This document shows, piece by piece, positions 62,988 to 64,000 of a stretch of DNA of 64,000 nt (its first letter is position 1; each line of letters starts with the position of its first letter). A program made the translations under genes and the position numbers. This DNA comes from a phage. Under the pieces are notes generated by a model. That model did not search any database. It had not been told where the DNA came from and saw nothing but the letters and a program-made list of their open reading frames with translations. Location of the stretch: sequence record PV808484.1; one strand, given 5' to 3'.

Positions 62988-63257
62988 ATGTATACTTTAA
63001 AAGTAATTCGCAAGTTTCCTCAAGAAGAGGAAGTAAGAATTTATAACACTGTACCATTCGTAGTAAATGAAGAAGAATTCTTTTATTGCTTAGAAGATGA
63101 AGTAATTATTCAATATCATTGGGAAGGTTACGACAGACAAGATGGTGTTGTAGCTTCTGTGCTTGCTGGTGATAGAGTGTTATTCATTCACAAAACTGAA
63201 TCAGCATATTTAATGAATGATAAAGGACAAACTGTTAAAGTAATTAACAGACCATAA
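62988..63257 (+). CDS. hypothetical protein
   Basis: ATG 62988 after AGGAGA RBS; the ORF-track GTG start at 62934 lies in tRNA-like sequence. Confidence 0.45.
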   Translation: MYTLKVIRKFPQEEEVRIYNTVPFVVNEEEFFYCLEDEVIIQYHWEGYDRQDGVVASVLAGDRVLFIHKTESAYLMNDKGQTVKVINRP

Positions 63258-63270
63258 AGAATTTTATAAA

Positions 63271-63295
63271 AGCCTCCTTTTTGGAGGTTTTTTAT
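63271..63295 (+). terminator. intrinsic terminator AGCCTCC-TTTTT-GGAGGTT plus T-run
   Basis: read directly. Confidence 0.6.
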
Positions 63296-63363
63296 TATCT
63301 ATAAAATAAAGATCTTTACAAAACGTATAAAATATGTTATCCTTAAGTAAGGAGGTGCATATT

Positions 63364-63654
63364 ATGCCTAAATTGAAAAGAGGTCGAGGTAGACCTACAG
63401 CCGAAATGCAACAGATTTATGCTATGGATGCTGCACAGGCGCAAGTAAAAGAAATTTTTGCTGGTCGTTATTTAGATGCTATGCGTTACATTGCAGATCT
63501 TGTTGTAGATGAAAAGGCTTCTGCTAATATTAAGTTGACTGCTTCTAAGATCATCAAAGAACAAGTAGAAGAATGGCTGGAAGAACATTATGAATCTATG
63601 GAAGAAGAAGATATTCTTCCAGAAAATTCTCCCCCTCAAAAAATCGTTATCTAA
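63364..63654 (+). CDS. hypothetical protein
   Basis: ATG 63364 after AAGGAGG RBS. Confidence 0.5.
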   Translation: MPKLKRGRGRPTAEMQQIYAMDAAQAQVKEIFAGRYLDAMRYIADLVVDEKASANIKLTASKIIKEQVEEWLEEHYESMEEEDILPENSPPQKIVI

Positions 63655-63700
63655 TTCTCCTCTCTTGGGAACTTTGTTCCCCCTCTCCTTGTTAATTAAC

Positions 63701-63731
63701 ACCCCTTTCCGAAAGGTTAGGGGGTTTTTTA
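63701..63731 (+). terminator. GC-rich hairpin plus T-run
   Basis: CCCCTTTCCGAAAGG...GGGGG followed by TTTTTT. Confidence 0.45.
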
Positions 63732-63791
63732 TTTATACCTATTGCTTTTATATATGTTTTTATGATATGATTAATACAGGAGGATTATAAA

Positions 63792-63965
63792 ATGAGAAAC
63801 TATGTAGCTAAACACGATTTCAATAGGGCTTCTTATCACAGAGATAAGAAGAACAGTTATTCGCGTAAATGGGATCTGGAGGAAGAGTTAGACTATGATT
63901 ACAGAAGAACAATGGAAGGAGATTTTGGAGAATGCACAACCGATGGTAGTGAAGAAGATAGTTAA
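63792..63965 (+). CDS. hypothetical protein (57 aa)
   Basis: ACAGGAGG RBS, ATG 63792. Confidence 0.4.
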   Translation: MRNYVAKHDFNRASYHRDKKNSYSRKWDLEEELDYDYRRTMEGDFGECTTDGSEEDS

Positions 63966-64000
63966 TAATTCACCAAGTCTCCCTAAAGTAAAATTTAAAG

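Noticed and set aside
62765-63013. Minus-strand ORF of 82 aa
   Set aside because: It overlaps tRNA-Ile and the start of a + strand gene that has a good RBS; spurious.

Overview
Manual, motif-based read of a 64 kb window that looks like part of a virulent, low-GC tailed dsDNA phage genome of an enterobacterial-type host (gene content is reminiscent of Felix O1-like or T5-like phages; no search was run to confirm). The window has three transcriptional blocks. (1) 1-20.7 kb, + strand: dense small early-type genes of unknown function, many preceded by a TTGACA-type promoter and a conserved GC-rich leader hairpin, with a 1.7 kb ORF-free AT-rich region (6.4-8.1 kb) carrying Fur-box-like iterons. 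(2) 20.8-56.3 kb, - strand: nucleotide and DNA metabolism genes (nrdA, nrdB, glutaredoxin, ThyX-like, thymidine kinase, HAD nucleotidase, MazG-like, DNA ligase, FEN, DnaQ-like exonuclease, RdgC-like), T4-type lysozyme, PhoH, two DNA methyltransferases, a serine recombinase, an HslV-like peptidase, a sirtuin-like protein, a PPP phosphatase, a kinase/RNA-ligase/phosphoesterase RNA-repair cassette, and a complete dTDP-L-rhamnose operon (rmlB-rmlA-rmlC-rmlD). (3) 56.7-64 kb, + strand: a Prs-like gene next to a NAMPT-like gene, followed by a cluster of at least 14 tRNA genes plus several atypical tRNA-like elements. The strongest candidates for a notable system are the Prs-like/NAMPT-like pair (a likely NAD+ reconstitution counter-defence module, possibly linked to the sirtuin-like gene), the phage-borne rhamnose pathway, and the atypical tRNA-like elements. 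All calls rest on reading the translations and hand-folding RNAs; coordinates of small ORFs and tRNAs may be off by a few bases.
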